Part shown: piece by piece, positions 44,440 through 54,705 of the stretch
How the letters are laid out: every line of letters begins with the position of its first letter
How positions within the stretch are numbered: position 1 is the stretch's first letter
NCBI GenBank assembly: GCA_045132795.1
Contig: JBGUSZ010000094.1
Coordinates: 2,338-66,337, forward strand
DNA from: Tidjanibacter sp.
GTDB taxonomy: Bacteria; Bacteroidota; Bacteroidia; Bacteroidales; Rikenellaceae
Reading direction: 5' to 3'
DNA length: 64,000 nucleotides
Notes under the pieces: model-generated
Seen by the model: the letters and a program-made list of their open reading frames with translations, nothing else
Told to the model about the DNA's origin: nothing
Databases searched by the model: none
Position numbers and translations under genes: made by a program

Positions 44440-45006
44440 CTATACAAGTGTTTTGTTTTTGCGGAGAAACTCTCTGCGAATCTTCTCCAACTGCCCCTTC
44501 AACGAGGCGTCCAGCAGCAGGTCGTCAACCTGCAAAACGAAGCCACCCTCGATGTCGGGCGAGGTGTGGACTCTCACCTCTGCCACGCCTCCTGTGCGCT
44601 CCTCGACGATGGATTTCAATCGTGCAAGGAGGGCCTCGTCGGGTTGAGTGATAGTGGTGAGTCGCACCCTCACAAGGCCACGACTCTTGCGGTAGAGCCT
44701 CACATATCCGAGCGACATCTCTCCCAGCCACCTTTCTCGGTGGTGGGCGAGTACCAAATCTACAAACCTACCCAGCAGGGCCCTACACTCCTCCGAACAA
44801 CCCTCCTCCACCAACGAGAGTAGAATGTTGCGTTTTTTCTCCGGCGACACCATCGGGTTGTTGAGCACCTCTCTCACCTTGTGTGACCCCATCAGCAGGT
44901 GGGCCAGCTGCTCCATTGTGGGGTAGAGGGCCTCGGCCTGCCCAATGCTGTCGGCTTGGGCAAGGAGTGCTTTGGCGTAGCGACCTGTGAGAATGCTGTC
45001 GTTCAT
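44440..45006 (-). CDS. atpH: F1 ATP synthase subunit delta (OSCP)
   Basis: 188 aa. YAKALL-type N-terminus and operon position between atpF and atpA. Confidence 0.88.
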   Translation of the reverse strand: MNDSILTGRYAKALLAQADSIGQAEALYPTMEQLAHLLMGSHKVREVLNNPMVSPEKKRNILLSLVEEGCSEECRALLGRFVDLVLAHHRERWLGEMSLGYVRLYRKSRGLVRVRLTTITQPDEALLARLKSIVEERTGGVAEVRVHTSPDIEGGFVLQVDDLLLDASLKGQLEKIRREFLRKNKTLV

Positions 45007-45033
45007 AGGTGTTGACGGTGCTGGGTTGGGTGG

Positions 45034-45546
45034 TTATGCATTGGTTTTGGGCGAGTTGTCTTCGGCTTCGGCTATGAGCCTTTCGATGTAACCTGCCTGT
45101 GCTGCGGAGTCCTTCATCTTCTCCCTCAGCACCTTTTCGGCCACATCCAGTGAGAGCATAGCGACCTCCTTACGCAACTCCCCCAGAGCCTTCTGCTTTT
45201 CGATTTCGATTTGGGAAAGAGCCGCCTCCACCCTTGCGGTAGCCTCGGCTTCGGCCTTTTGGCGTGCACCCTCAATGATGCGACGGCTGTCGGCCATTGC
45301 ATCGGCTACAATTTCGGACTGCTTTTTCTGAGCTTCGGCCAACATCTTCTCGGCCTCCTGCTCTACACCTTGGAGTCTTTCGGTGGCCTCTTTGGCGGCC
45401 AAAAGCCCCTCCTCAATGCGAGCACGACGCTTATCCACCATCCCCGTAATCACCGGGAAGCCGAACTTCGCCAGCACCCCAAAGACTATCAGGAATGAGA
45501 GGAGCATCCAGAAAAGGAGTCCCAATTCGGGAGTCAGTAACGACAT
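45034..45546 (-). CDS. atpF: Fo ATP synthase subunit b
   Basis: 170 aa. A single N-terminal TM segment followed by a long charged helix (AEAQKKQSEIVADA...). Confidence 0.9.
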   Translation of the reverse strand: MSLLTPELGLLFWMLLSFLIVFGVLAKFGFPVITGMVDKRRARIEEGLLAAKEATERLQGVEQEAEKMLAEAQKKQSEIVADAMADSRRIIEGARQKAEAEATARVEAALSQIEIEKQKALGELRKEVAMLSLDVAEKVLREKMKDSAAQAGYIERLIAEAEDNSPKTNA

Positions 45547-45590
45547 AGTTTTTCCTCTGTTGTATTAGTTTTTCTCCGACCAACAGCCCA

Positions 45591-45833
45591 CTACAAGGCC
45601 ATCAGGCAGACTACAATAGCAAAGAGGGTTGCACCCTCAATCAGAGCTGCCGACACAATCATTGCGGTCTGCAACGAGCCTGCCGCCTCGGGCTGGCGAG
45701 CCATAGCCTCCAATGCGTTGGAACCAATTTTACCGATACCCCAAGCGGCACCGAGAACTGCCAAAGCAGCACCAATGGGTGCAACTGCCGAACCGAGGTT
45801 GATTGCCTGCAAAAGTGTAATGAATGCTAACAT
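45591..45833 (-). CDS. atpE: Fo ATP synthase subunit c
   Basis: 80 aa. A two-TM hairpin with the conserved carboxylate in AALIEGATLFA. Confidence 0.95.
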   Translation of the reverse strand: MLAFITLLQAINLGSAVAPIGAALAVLGAAWGIGKIGSNALEAMARQPEAAGSLQTAMIVSAALIEGATLFAIVVCLMAL

Positions 45834-45877
45834 AGTGTTTTGAGTTTTAGTTGTTTATAATATTGTTTTTTGTGTTT

Positions 45878-47005
45878 CTATTTCTTGTGTGCGGCGTGGT
45901 GTTCCTTGCGCGAGAGGCCAATGAAGACTGCCGAAAGCATTGTGAACACATAGGCCTGAATGTAGGCTACCAACACTTCCAACACCAACATAAAGACCGA
46001 CAACAGCACCGAAAAGACCGTCATCACGCCATTCATCGTTGCGCCCATATTCACCGTTATAAACACCAAACAGGTGAGGGCAATGAGCACTGTGTGTCCG
46101 GCCATAATGTTGGCAAACAGACGGATGGTGAGTGCAAAGGGCTTGGAGATGATGCCGAAGAGTTCAATGACGGGCATCAGCGGAATGGGCACCTTCATCC
46201 ACACCGGCACGTCGGGCCACAGTATCTCTTTCCAATACTCCTTGTTGCCAAATACGTTCACCGCAAACATAGTGGCGAGTGCCAACACCAGCGTTACGGC
46301 AATGTTGCCCGTAACGTTTGCACCACCAGGGAAGATGGGCACCAAGCCCAGCAGGTTGCTTACAAAGATGAAGAAGAAGGCCGTGAGCAGGTAGGGCGAA
46401 TAGCGCTTGTAGTCCTTACCCACCGAGGGCCTTATTACGTCATCCTCTACGCTCGTGATGAGCATTTCCACGGCACCCACAAAGCCTCTCGGTATGGCGT
46501 TTATGTCGTAGTTGCGGCGGCGATACCAACCCGCCACACCAAGTATTATCACAATGACAACCAACGAGTTGAACATCACTCCTGCGGCATTTTTGGTTAT
46601 CGACAGGTCGAGTGGTCGGTAGAGTTCGCCCTCATTATTGTAGGCCACGAGCTTACCCTTCCATTGCTCCCCTTCGTGGTTTATGAAAAAAACCTCGTGG
46701 GAGAGTCCGTGGGCAACCCTTGCCGACGAGAAGGCATACCATCGTCCCTCCTGCGAGCGCACAATGCAGAGCAGAGGAATCTCAATGTGGTGGTCGCCAA
46801 TGGTTGTGATGTGCCACGAATAGCTGTCGCCAATGTGTTCGAAAATCAACCCCACAACATCGAGTTTGGCCTCCTCTTGCTCGGCAGGGCTCTCCTCTGT
46901 GGTGACATTATCTGTGGGCTCAACCGTGGGCATACTCCACCCCGACAGCACTCCAATGGTGAGTGCCACCCACAAGAGTAGTGTATGTCGCAACAGCCTC
47001 TTCAC
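45878..47005 (-). CDS. atpB: Fo ATP synthase subunit a (with long N-terminal extension)
   Basis: 375 aa with a GTG start. The C-terminal part carries the subunit-a blocks LTIRLFANIMAGH and VFTMLSAVFI. Confidence 0.92.
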   Translation of the reverse strand: MKRLLRHTLLLWVALTIGVLSGWSMPTVEPTDNVTTEESPAEQEEAKLDVVGLIFEHIGDSYSWHITTIGDHHIEIPLLCIVRSQEGRWYAFSSARVAHGLSHEVFFINHEGEQWKGKLVAYNNEGELYRPLDLSITKNAAGVMFNSLVVIVIILGVAGWYRRRNYDINAIPRGFVGAVEMLITSVEDDVIRPSVGKDYKRYSPYLLTAFFFIFVSNLLGLVPIFPGGANVTGNIAVTLVLALATMFAVNVFGNKEYWKEILWPDVPVWMKVPIPLMPVIELFGIISKPFALTIRLFANIMAGHTVLIALTCLVFITVNMGATMNGVMTVFSVLLSVFMLVLEVLVAYIQAYVFTMLSAVFIGLSRKEHHAAHKK

Positions 47006-47017
47006 ACTTTGCAGTTA

Positions 47018-47407
47018 TCAGATCTCCTTGTTCTTATTATACACGCTCACACTCCACGTTTCGCAGGCCGAGGTGAGCACATAATATATTAAGGTATAGA
47101 GCAGGAAGTGGACCCTGCCAGCCAACCCCAACTTCACATAGACAACCATCAGGGCAGCCACCCCAAGGAATTTCACTCCTCTCATAATCATTGAGGTTGT
47201 CAACACCTTATCGGGCTTCATATTCCCATAGCGCCCCAGCAGCCACATAAAAACCACCTCGTAGAGATAGAAAAAGGCGGGTGTAATCCAGAACACAGGG
47301 CTCCACACCTCGGGCCACTTGGATTTGATGACCAGCACTGCCAAGCCAAAGAGGATGGTTGCGCCAATGGATAGTTCAACCGCGGTATTTGTTTTCATCT
47401 GTTTCAT
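47018..47407 (-). CDS. Small four-TM membrane protein inside the atp operon (AtpI/AtpZ-like by position)
   Basis: 129 aa and hydrophobic, located between atpC and atpB. The assignment rests on position and topology only. Confidence 0.55.
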   Translation of the reverse strand: MKQMKTNTAVELSIGATILFGLAVLVIKSKWPEVWSPVFWITPAFFYLYEVVFMWLLGRYGNMKPDKVLTTSMIMRGVKFLGVAALMVVYVKLGLAGRVHFLLYTLIYYVLTSACETWSVSVYNKNKEI

Positions 47408-47429
47408 ACTTAGATTGCGTTTTTTTTGC

Positions 47430-47675
47430 CTATTCGGTACACACCCTCACAACATCCCCCTTGACCTCCACAAAGCCGCCGCCGACCTCGATGGAGCACT
47501 CCTCGCCTGCCTCGTTGGTGTAGCGAATAACTCCTTTGGTGAGCGACGAAATCAGCGGAGCGTGCATGGGCAGCACCACAAAGGGGGCCTTTGCGCCCGG
47601 TAGCAACACCTTCGCCACCGAGCCGTTGAACACTTCACCTGTGGGGGAAATGATATGAAGTTGCAACATTTTCAT
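47430..47675 (-). CDS. atpC: F1 ATP synthase subunit epsilon (short form)
   Basis: 81 aa. A beta-sandwich-only epsilon (LQLHIISPTGEVFNGSVAKVLLPGAKAPFVVLPMHAPLIS). Confidence 0.88.
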   Translation of the reverse strand: MKMLQLHIISPTGEVFNGSVAKVLLPGAKAPFVVLPMHAPLISSLTKGVIRYTNEAGEECSIEVGGGFVEVKGDVVRVCTE

Positions 47676-47685
47676 CTTTAATCAC

Positions 47686-49239
<1,554 letters not shown>

Positions 49240-49255
49240 TCAATCGTTTTCTACA

Positions 49256-50656
49256 CTAATTCTCTGCCATAAAGGCCTCGATTTCGTCCACCGTAACGGG
49301 GATGTGCTTGTCGCCGCCGAGCATAATATTTCCGCTCTCGGTAATCAACAGGTCGTCCTCAATACGGATACCGCCAAAGTTGTAGAGAGCCTCCAACTTG
49401 GAGTAGTTGATAAACTCCTCACACTTCCTTTCGGCCTTCCACTGCTCGATGTAGGCGGGGATGAAGTAGATGCCGGGTTCGTCGGTCAACACCGTGCCGG
49501 GGCGCAACTGCCACCTATCACGGATGATGCAGGTGTCAATCTCGTCGGCCCTTGCCAACATTGCGCCGTAGTCTGCCATACCCCTTTCGCCCATAGCCTC
49601 GCAGTCGTGGACATCCATACCGAGTCCGTGTCCCAAGCCGTGGGGCATAAAGAGCCTTACGGCACCTGCCGCCACAGCCTCATCAGCGTTACCCTTCATC
49701 AGCCCCAACCCAATGAGTCCTTCGGCCAGAGCCTTGTAGGAGGCGTTGTGCAGGTCGGTGTACTTGCCGGGCTTGGCAATACGCAGCACCTCGTCGTGTG
49801 CGTGGAGTACAACATTATAGATATCCCTTTGCAGGGGTGTGAATTTTCCACTCACGGGGAATGTACGGGTGTGGTCCGAGCAGTAGTTGTTTACGGTCTC
49901 GCCACCGGCGTCAACCAAAAGCAGTCGGCCGTTTTCGCAAATGCCGTCGTGGGAGTGGTTGTGGAGAGTCTCGCCGTGTTGCGACACGATGGAGTGGAAC
50001 GACACTCCGTCGCCCATCTGGTGGGTTACACCCTCCATTGCACCCGCAATCACCCTCTCGCTCACACCCTCTTTGGTGAGGCGCATAGCGGTTGTGTGCA
50101 TTGCATAGCCAATCTGGAAGGCCCTCTCCATCTCCTCAATCTCCTCGGCACTCTTCACCTCCCTCATTGCGGCCACGTTGATGGCAAGGTCGGTGGAGTA
50201 GTGGTTGTAGTGTTCGGAGGTTTTGATGCCTGTGAGTTTGCTCATCAACAGTACACCCTCACCACGATAGGGTACAAGGTAGTGAACCTTGCGACCGGCT
50301 CTGGTGGCTGCCTGCACGCAATCCCTTGCGGCTGCAAATGGTGCGCTCTGGCCAACGCCCACGCTCTCGGCTAACTCCCGAATGGAGGGCTGGGGGCCCA
50401 TCCAGATGATGTCATCGACGGTGTAGTCGTCGCCAAAGAGAGTGTCCACCTCGTTGTCGAGGTCGATCACGCCCACGAGGTTGGCATTTTGGAGTCCGAA
50501 GTAATAGAGAAAAGTGCTGTCCTGACGGAAGCCATAGGCATTGTCGAAATAGTTACGGGGTGCTTCGCCATTACCGATAAGCACCACGATTCCCCCTTTG
50601 GGCATACGCCTGCGCAGTTCGTTGCGGCGGGCGATGTAGGTCTGTTTTGCAAACAT
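49256..50656 (-). CDS. pepP: Xaa-Pro aminopeptidase (M24B family)
   Basis: 466 aa. Metal-ligand blocks LLVDAGGE, HGLGHGLGMDVHD and IRIEDDLLIT. Confidence 0.9.
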   Translation of the reverse strand: MFAKQTYIARRNELRRRMPKGGIVVLIGNGEAPRNYFDNAYGFRQDSTFLYYFGLQNANLVGVIDLDNEVDTLFGDDYTVDDIIWMGPQPSIRELAESVGVGQSAPFAAARDCVQAATRAGRKVHYLVPYRGEGVLLMSKLTGIKTSEHYNHYSTDLAINVAAMREVKSAEEIEEMERAFQIGYAMHTTAMRLTKEGVSERVIAGAMEGVTHQMGDGVSFHSIVSQHGETLHNHSHDGICENGRLLLVDAGGETVNNYCSDHTRTFPVSGKFTPLQRDIYNVVLHAHDEVLRIAKPGKYTDLHNASYKALAEGLIGLGLMKGNADEAVAAGAVRLFMPHGLGHGLGMDVHDCEAMGERGMADYGAMLARADEIDTCIIRDRWQLRPGTVLTDEPGIYFIPAYIEQWKAERKCEEFINYSKLEALYNFGGIRIEDDLLITESGNIMLGGDKHIPVTVDEIEAFMAEN

Positions 50657-50672
50657 ATCTCAAAAAGTGTTT

Positions 50673-51269
50673 TTAGTGCAATTTTGCGCCAATCAAGTCG
50701 AGGAACTCTTGGCGTGTGAGTTGTTGGTTGAGGAAGGCACCGCTGAAAGCAGAGGTGGTGGTGATGGAGTTCTGCTTCTGCACACCCCTCATCTGCATAC
50801 ACATATGCGCAGCCTCTATCACAACGGCGACACCCAGCGGGTTGAGTGTCTCCTGTATACAATCCCTAATCTGCATTGTGAGCCTCTCTTGTACCTGCAA
50901 CCTTCGGGCAAAACTCTCCACACAGCGTGGAATTTTCGAAAGCCCCGTAATCTGGCCATTGGGAATGTAGGCAACGTGTGCCTTGCCGTAGAAGGGCAGC
51001 ATATGGTGTTCGCACAGGGAGTAGATTTCGATGTCCTTCACGATGACCATCTGTTTGTAGTCCTCCTTGAAAATTGCCGAGCGAAGAATCTCCGCAGGGT
51101 CTTCGTTGTAGCCTTTGGTGAGAAACTGCATACACTTGGCCACCCTCTCGGGTGTTTTCAGCAGGCCCTCACGCTGGGCATCTTCGCCGAGGAGTCGGAG
51201 GATAGCCTCGTAGTGCTCCATCAGTTCGGCGGTGGTTTTGGGGTCGTAGATTTCCTCTTTTGTGTACAT
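50673..51269 (-). CDS. folE: GTP cyclohydrolase I
   Basis: 198 aa. [20 protein letters not shown] and [15 protein letters not shown] blocks. Confidence 0.95.
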   Translation of the reverse strand: MYTKEEIYDPKTTAELMEHYEAILRLLGEDAQREGLLKTPERVAKCMQFLTKGYNEDPAEILRSAIFKEDYKQMVIVKDIEIYSLCEHHMLPFYGKAHVAYIPNGQITGLSKIPRCVESFARRLQVQERLTMQIRDCIQETLNPLGVAVVIEAAHMCMQMRGVQKQNSITTTSAFSGAFLNQQLTRQEFLDLIGAKLH

Positions 51270-51274
51270 AGTGT

Positions 51275-52222
51275 CTATTTTGTTTTTTTACTCCTATTCT
51301 TACTTTTCTTTTTAGCCTTCTCTTTGGCTTCGGCGGCCTCCTTTGCGCGTTTTTCCATAGCGGCTAACGAGTCGCGCGAAAGCATTGGTATTGTGGCATC
51401 CAGCGAGCCATAGACCTCCACCGAGTCGCAGAGTACAATGTTGGGTTTGAAACTCATCACCGAATCCATGTGTGCGAGAGCCTCTTCGCTGGGTGGTATG
51501 TAGGTTATACGCAGGGAGTCGATGGTGATGTAGGGCTTCTCCTCCCTCTTGGCGTAGTCGGCAAATTGGATGAAATATTCGGAGGCTCCCTTCTTGGGGC
51601 GCAGGGTTGTCTTGTAGCTCTTACGCTCGCCGTGCGTGAGCGAGGTGCGCAGATAGTGGTTTCGCACGCTATCTGCCGTGAGGGTCCATTGGGTACTTTG
51701 GAGGTGGGTATTCTTGTCGAGGGTGTCGATGTGGTAGTTGTAGGAGATGACATATTCGCCCACATCCCTGATGGGCAACGAGAGGACAAGTTTGGCGGTA
51801 TCTCTCAACCTCCTAACCCTGATTTTATCCACACTCATAACCTCCTTTGTGCACATCGCTTTGGCCAATGAGTCGATGTAGTTGAGGTTGCGCAGCTTCT
51901 GCTCATAGCCGTTAGCCATCGATTCGAGTGAGGAGATGGTGCTCTCAATCACATCGCTCAATCGTGCACTCTTGCGTTTTTGGAAGTTGGCAAGGGTGTT
52001 GAAAAAGTCATCCTGTGTGTAGCCATATTTTTCCAAAATGGGGGTGTAGATGTCGAGGCTATCGGTTTTGATGCTCTGAGCCTGTGCATAGGCATTAACA
52101 AGGAACATCTCCCTTGTGATTTTCTCCAACTCCCTATCGGGAATGACCTCGCTCCTTGAACAGCCACTCGCAACGAGTACAAAGGCTACAACAAAAAGAA
52201 TATTTCTAATAACGTGTTTCAT
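51275..52222 (-). CDS. DUF4296-like lipoprotein
   Basis: ATG at 52222 gives [36 protein letters not shown] resembles DUF4296 proteins. The C-terminus is Lys-rich. It overlaps the upstream permease gene by 17 nt. Confidence 0.62.
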   Translation of the reverse strand: MKHVIRNILFVVAFVLVASGCSRSEVIPDRELEKITREMFLVNAYAQAQSIKTDSLDIYTPILEKYGYTQDDFFNTLANFQKRKSARLSDVIESTISSLESMANGYEQKLRNLNYIDSLAKAMCTKEVMSVDKIRVRRLRDTAKLVLSLPIRDVGEYVISYNYHIDTLDKNTHLQSTQWTLTADSVRNHYLRTSLTHGERKSYKTTLRPKKGASEYFIQFADYAKREEKPYITIDSLRITYIPPSEEALAHMDSVMSFKPNIVLCDSVEVYGSLDATIPMLSRDSLAAMEKRAKEAAEAKEKAKKKSKNRSKKTK

Positions 52223-53456
52223 CGGGTTTATCAATCTTCGGAACCATCCTCCGAACGGTAAGTTTTGTTATCACATAATTGACGGCCACAACCGCCACAA
52301 CTATCACAATAATGTCGGTGAGCCTGACCTCCACAGGGTAGTTCTCAACCAAAAAGGTATTGCCGGGCATCTTCACAAGTCCAAACCTAATTTGTGCAAA
52401 GCACACCACAAGGCCACCAATCACACCCCACACTGCACCTCGTAGGCCAATGAGGAGCCCTTCGAGGGTGAAAACTTTTCTCACAAACGCATTTTTGGCT
52501 CCAATGGCATAGAGTGTTGCCGTGTCGTTGCGCTTCTCGATGATAAGCATCACCAGCGAGCCGATAATTGACACCGTGGCGATGAGTGTAACCAGCAATA
52601 AAATCAGGAAGATACTTGCCTTCTCCACCTTCATAACCTTGTAGAGGGCCTCGTTGCGTTGGTAGCGATTCTCCACCTTCCACCCCTCGCCCAAACTCTT
52701 TTGCAGCTCGGCTTGCACCCTCTCGATACTCTTTCCCTCGGCCACCCTAACAGCCACAGCCGAAGCCTTATCCTTTGCTGCCAAGAGCTCTTCGGCCACG
52801 TCGAGCGATACAAAGAGGTGGTTTACAAGTTCGGTGGCCGCATCGGAGAGTGTTCCTGCGTGGTCAACCCTCACGGTGCGTATGGCACTCATAGGAAGGA
52901 GCGACGATATGTTCTCCCTGCGTAGTGCGTGGAGTGAGAGTTTGCCGTGTAGTGCCGCATTGCGCACCGAGTAGCCGTCGGCAAAGATGTTGTCCAACTC
53001 AAAGCCCACCACGGCTCTGCGCCTATCACCGTGTACCAACTTCCACTCTCCATACCACATCACACCGCTGTCGGCCAATGGCACCACCTTCGCATAGTGT
53101 TCATCCACACCCCTCAGTGTGGCAAACATCTGTTTGCGCCCATACTCGGCCAACACACTCTCCTCCAGGTAGAACGAGAAAGACTCTACCCCCTCGGTCG
53201 CCACCAATACCCCTTGTGGTAAGCTCTCACGGGCAAAGAGTGTTCCCTTGGCGGGCGATACCACTAGGTCTGCCTCGGTGGTGTTGTGTATGGAGTGGAG
53301 AATGGAGTTGAAGCCATTCATCACCGACAGCAGTATCACCATAGCCGCCACAGCCACACCAATAGCCACCGAGCTCACTGTCGCAGTGGTATTAATCACC
53401 GAGAGCGACTTTTTGGAGCGCAGGTAGCGGCGGGCGAATAGTAGTGGTAGGCGCAT
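52206..53456 (-). CDS. FtsX-like ABC transporter permease (LolE-like)
   Basis: 416 aa. N-terminus LLFARRYLRSKKS, a large periplasmic loop, and a C-terminal FtsX-type three-TM bundle. Confidence 0.88.
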   Translation of the reverse strand: MRLPLLFARRYLRSKKSLSVINTTATVSSVAIGVAVAAMVILLSVMNGFNSILHSIHNTTEADLVVSPAKGTLFARESLPQGVLVATEGVESFSFYLEESVLAEYGRKQMFATLRGVDEHYAKVVPLADSGVMWYGEWKLVHGDRRRAVVGFELDNIFADGYSVRNAALHGKLSLHALRRENISSLLPMSAIRTVRVDHAGTLSDAATELVNHLFVSLDVAEELLAAKDKASAVAVRVAEGKSIERVQAELQKSLGEGWKVENRYQRNEALYKVMKVEKASIFLILLLVTLIATVSIIGSLVMLIIEKRNDTATLYAIGAKNAFVRKVFTLEGLLIGLRGAVWGVIGGLVVCFAQIRFGLVKMPGNTFLVENYPVEVRLTDIIVIVVAVVAVNYVITKLTVRRMVPKIDKPDETRY

Positions 53457-53468
53457 GGTGTGTAGGGC

Positions 53469-53822
53469 CTATTTTTTGAGGAGGTTATCGATGTTCTCGA
53501 TGTACTCCAACGAGTCGTCAAGGAAGAAGGTTATCTCGGGTACTACGCGGAGCTGGTTACGCATCCTTGCACCAAGCAGCTTACGAACTCTCCACGCATC
53601 GGCCTCAATGCGAGCCATTACCGCTTCGTGTTTGTCGAAGGGGAAGATGCTCAAATAGATTTTGGCATACTCCAAGTCGGGACTAACCCTCACGGCTGTT
53701 ACCGACACAATCACACCCTTCACCAAGTCGGCGCACTCCTTCAAAAAGAGTTCGCTGATGTCTTTTTGTATCTGACGAGCAACCTTTTGTTGTCTTGTGC
53801 TCTCTCCTGCAATGTTCTCCAT
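53469..53822 (-). CDS. rbfA: Ribosome-binding factor A
   Basis: 117 aa. RQQKVARQIQKDISELF and VTAVRVSPDLEYAKIY blocks. Confidence 0.92.
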   Translation of the reverse strand: MENIAGESTRQQKVARQIQKDISELFLKECADLVKGVIVSVTAVRVSPDLEYAKIYLSIFPFDKHEAVMARIEADAWRVRKLLGARMRNQLRVVPEITFFLDDSLEYIENIDNLLKK

Positions 53823-53852
53823 ATTTTCCGTTTTTTATATTTTCTAAACTCT

Positions 53853-54662
53853 TTAATTCTGAATTTCCACATTCTCAGGCAACTCCTCGGCGATCTCTTT
53901 GGCCTTTCTTGCTGCAGCCCTCTGTGTGGGACTCCAAGCCCACGAGCCGGAGTGGTCCCAATGGTAGGCGACACCAATACTCAGGTTGATGTTGTCCAAC
54001 GGTGAGCGCAGGAATTGTGTTCCCGAGTAGATAGTCTTTCGCTTAACAATGTCAGAGTAGCCGAAGTAGTATCTAAACTCACTCATTATCTCCCACTTTC
54101 CAAAACTGAAACCACCGCCAAGTCCCACCACCAAGCCATAGGCAAAGCGGTTATCCCTAACGGTCATCCACTCGTAGTCAAACTCCTCAACCGCTCCCGT
54201 TTCATTGTCGATGTAGAACTCCGTGGAATTGAGGTTGAAAGAGCCTGTAACACCTGCGTTAAGGTAGAGGCGCAACCTATCGTTGGCCAACAACACGTGT
54301 GGTTGCCACATCAAAGGCACCATTATGGAGTTGATGTGTCTGCCGTAGGTGTATCGTTTGGTGTTTCGGTCGAGTGCGGCATACTGAAACCCCCTTTGGA
54401 GGAACTCAACCTCCACACTGATACCTCCTGCCACGTTGTCGTACAAGTAGGAGTTGGGCTTGTCGCCTCCGTAGTAGACCCAAAAGAAGCCACCGTTGAG
54501 AGCGCCCCACAGAGGAGGGCTTGTCCAGTGGGGATATAGGCGCACGTCGGCCGTACCATAGCCGCCCTTTACACCAACGTATTGGCGTTGTGCAGCAGCC
54601 TTGTGGTTTACTCCACACAGCATTGTCAACACCGTCGTTGCTATAATCAAAAATCTCTTCAT
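53853..54662 (-). CDS. Outer-membrane beta-barrel (porin-family) protein with charged C-terminal tail
   Basis: Signal peptide ending AAAQ and alternating strands. The last strand (NLSIGVAYHW) is followed by a 36-aa tail (DHSGSWAWSPTQRAAARKAKEIAEELPENVEIQN). Confidence 0.72.
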   Translation of the reverse strand: MKRFLIIATTVLTMLCGVNHKAAAQRQYVGVKGGYGTADVRLYPHWTSPPLWGALNGGFFWVYYGGDKPNSYLYDNVAGGISVEVEFLQRGFQYAALDRNTKRYTYGRHINSIMVPLMWQPHVLLANDRLRLYLNAGVTGSFNLNSTEFYIDNETGAVEEFDYEWMTVRDNRFAYGLVVGLGGGFSFGKWEIMSEFRYYFGYSDIVKRKTIYSGTQFLRSPLDNINLSIGVAYHWDHSGSWAWSPTQRAAARKAKEIAEELPENVEIQN

Positions 54663-54705
54663 TCGCTTTTGTCTTTCTTTTTGGTTGTCGTTGAGTCAAC
54701 GTTGG

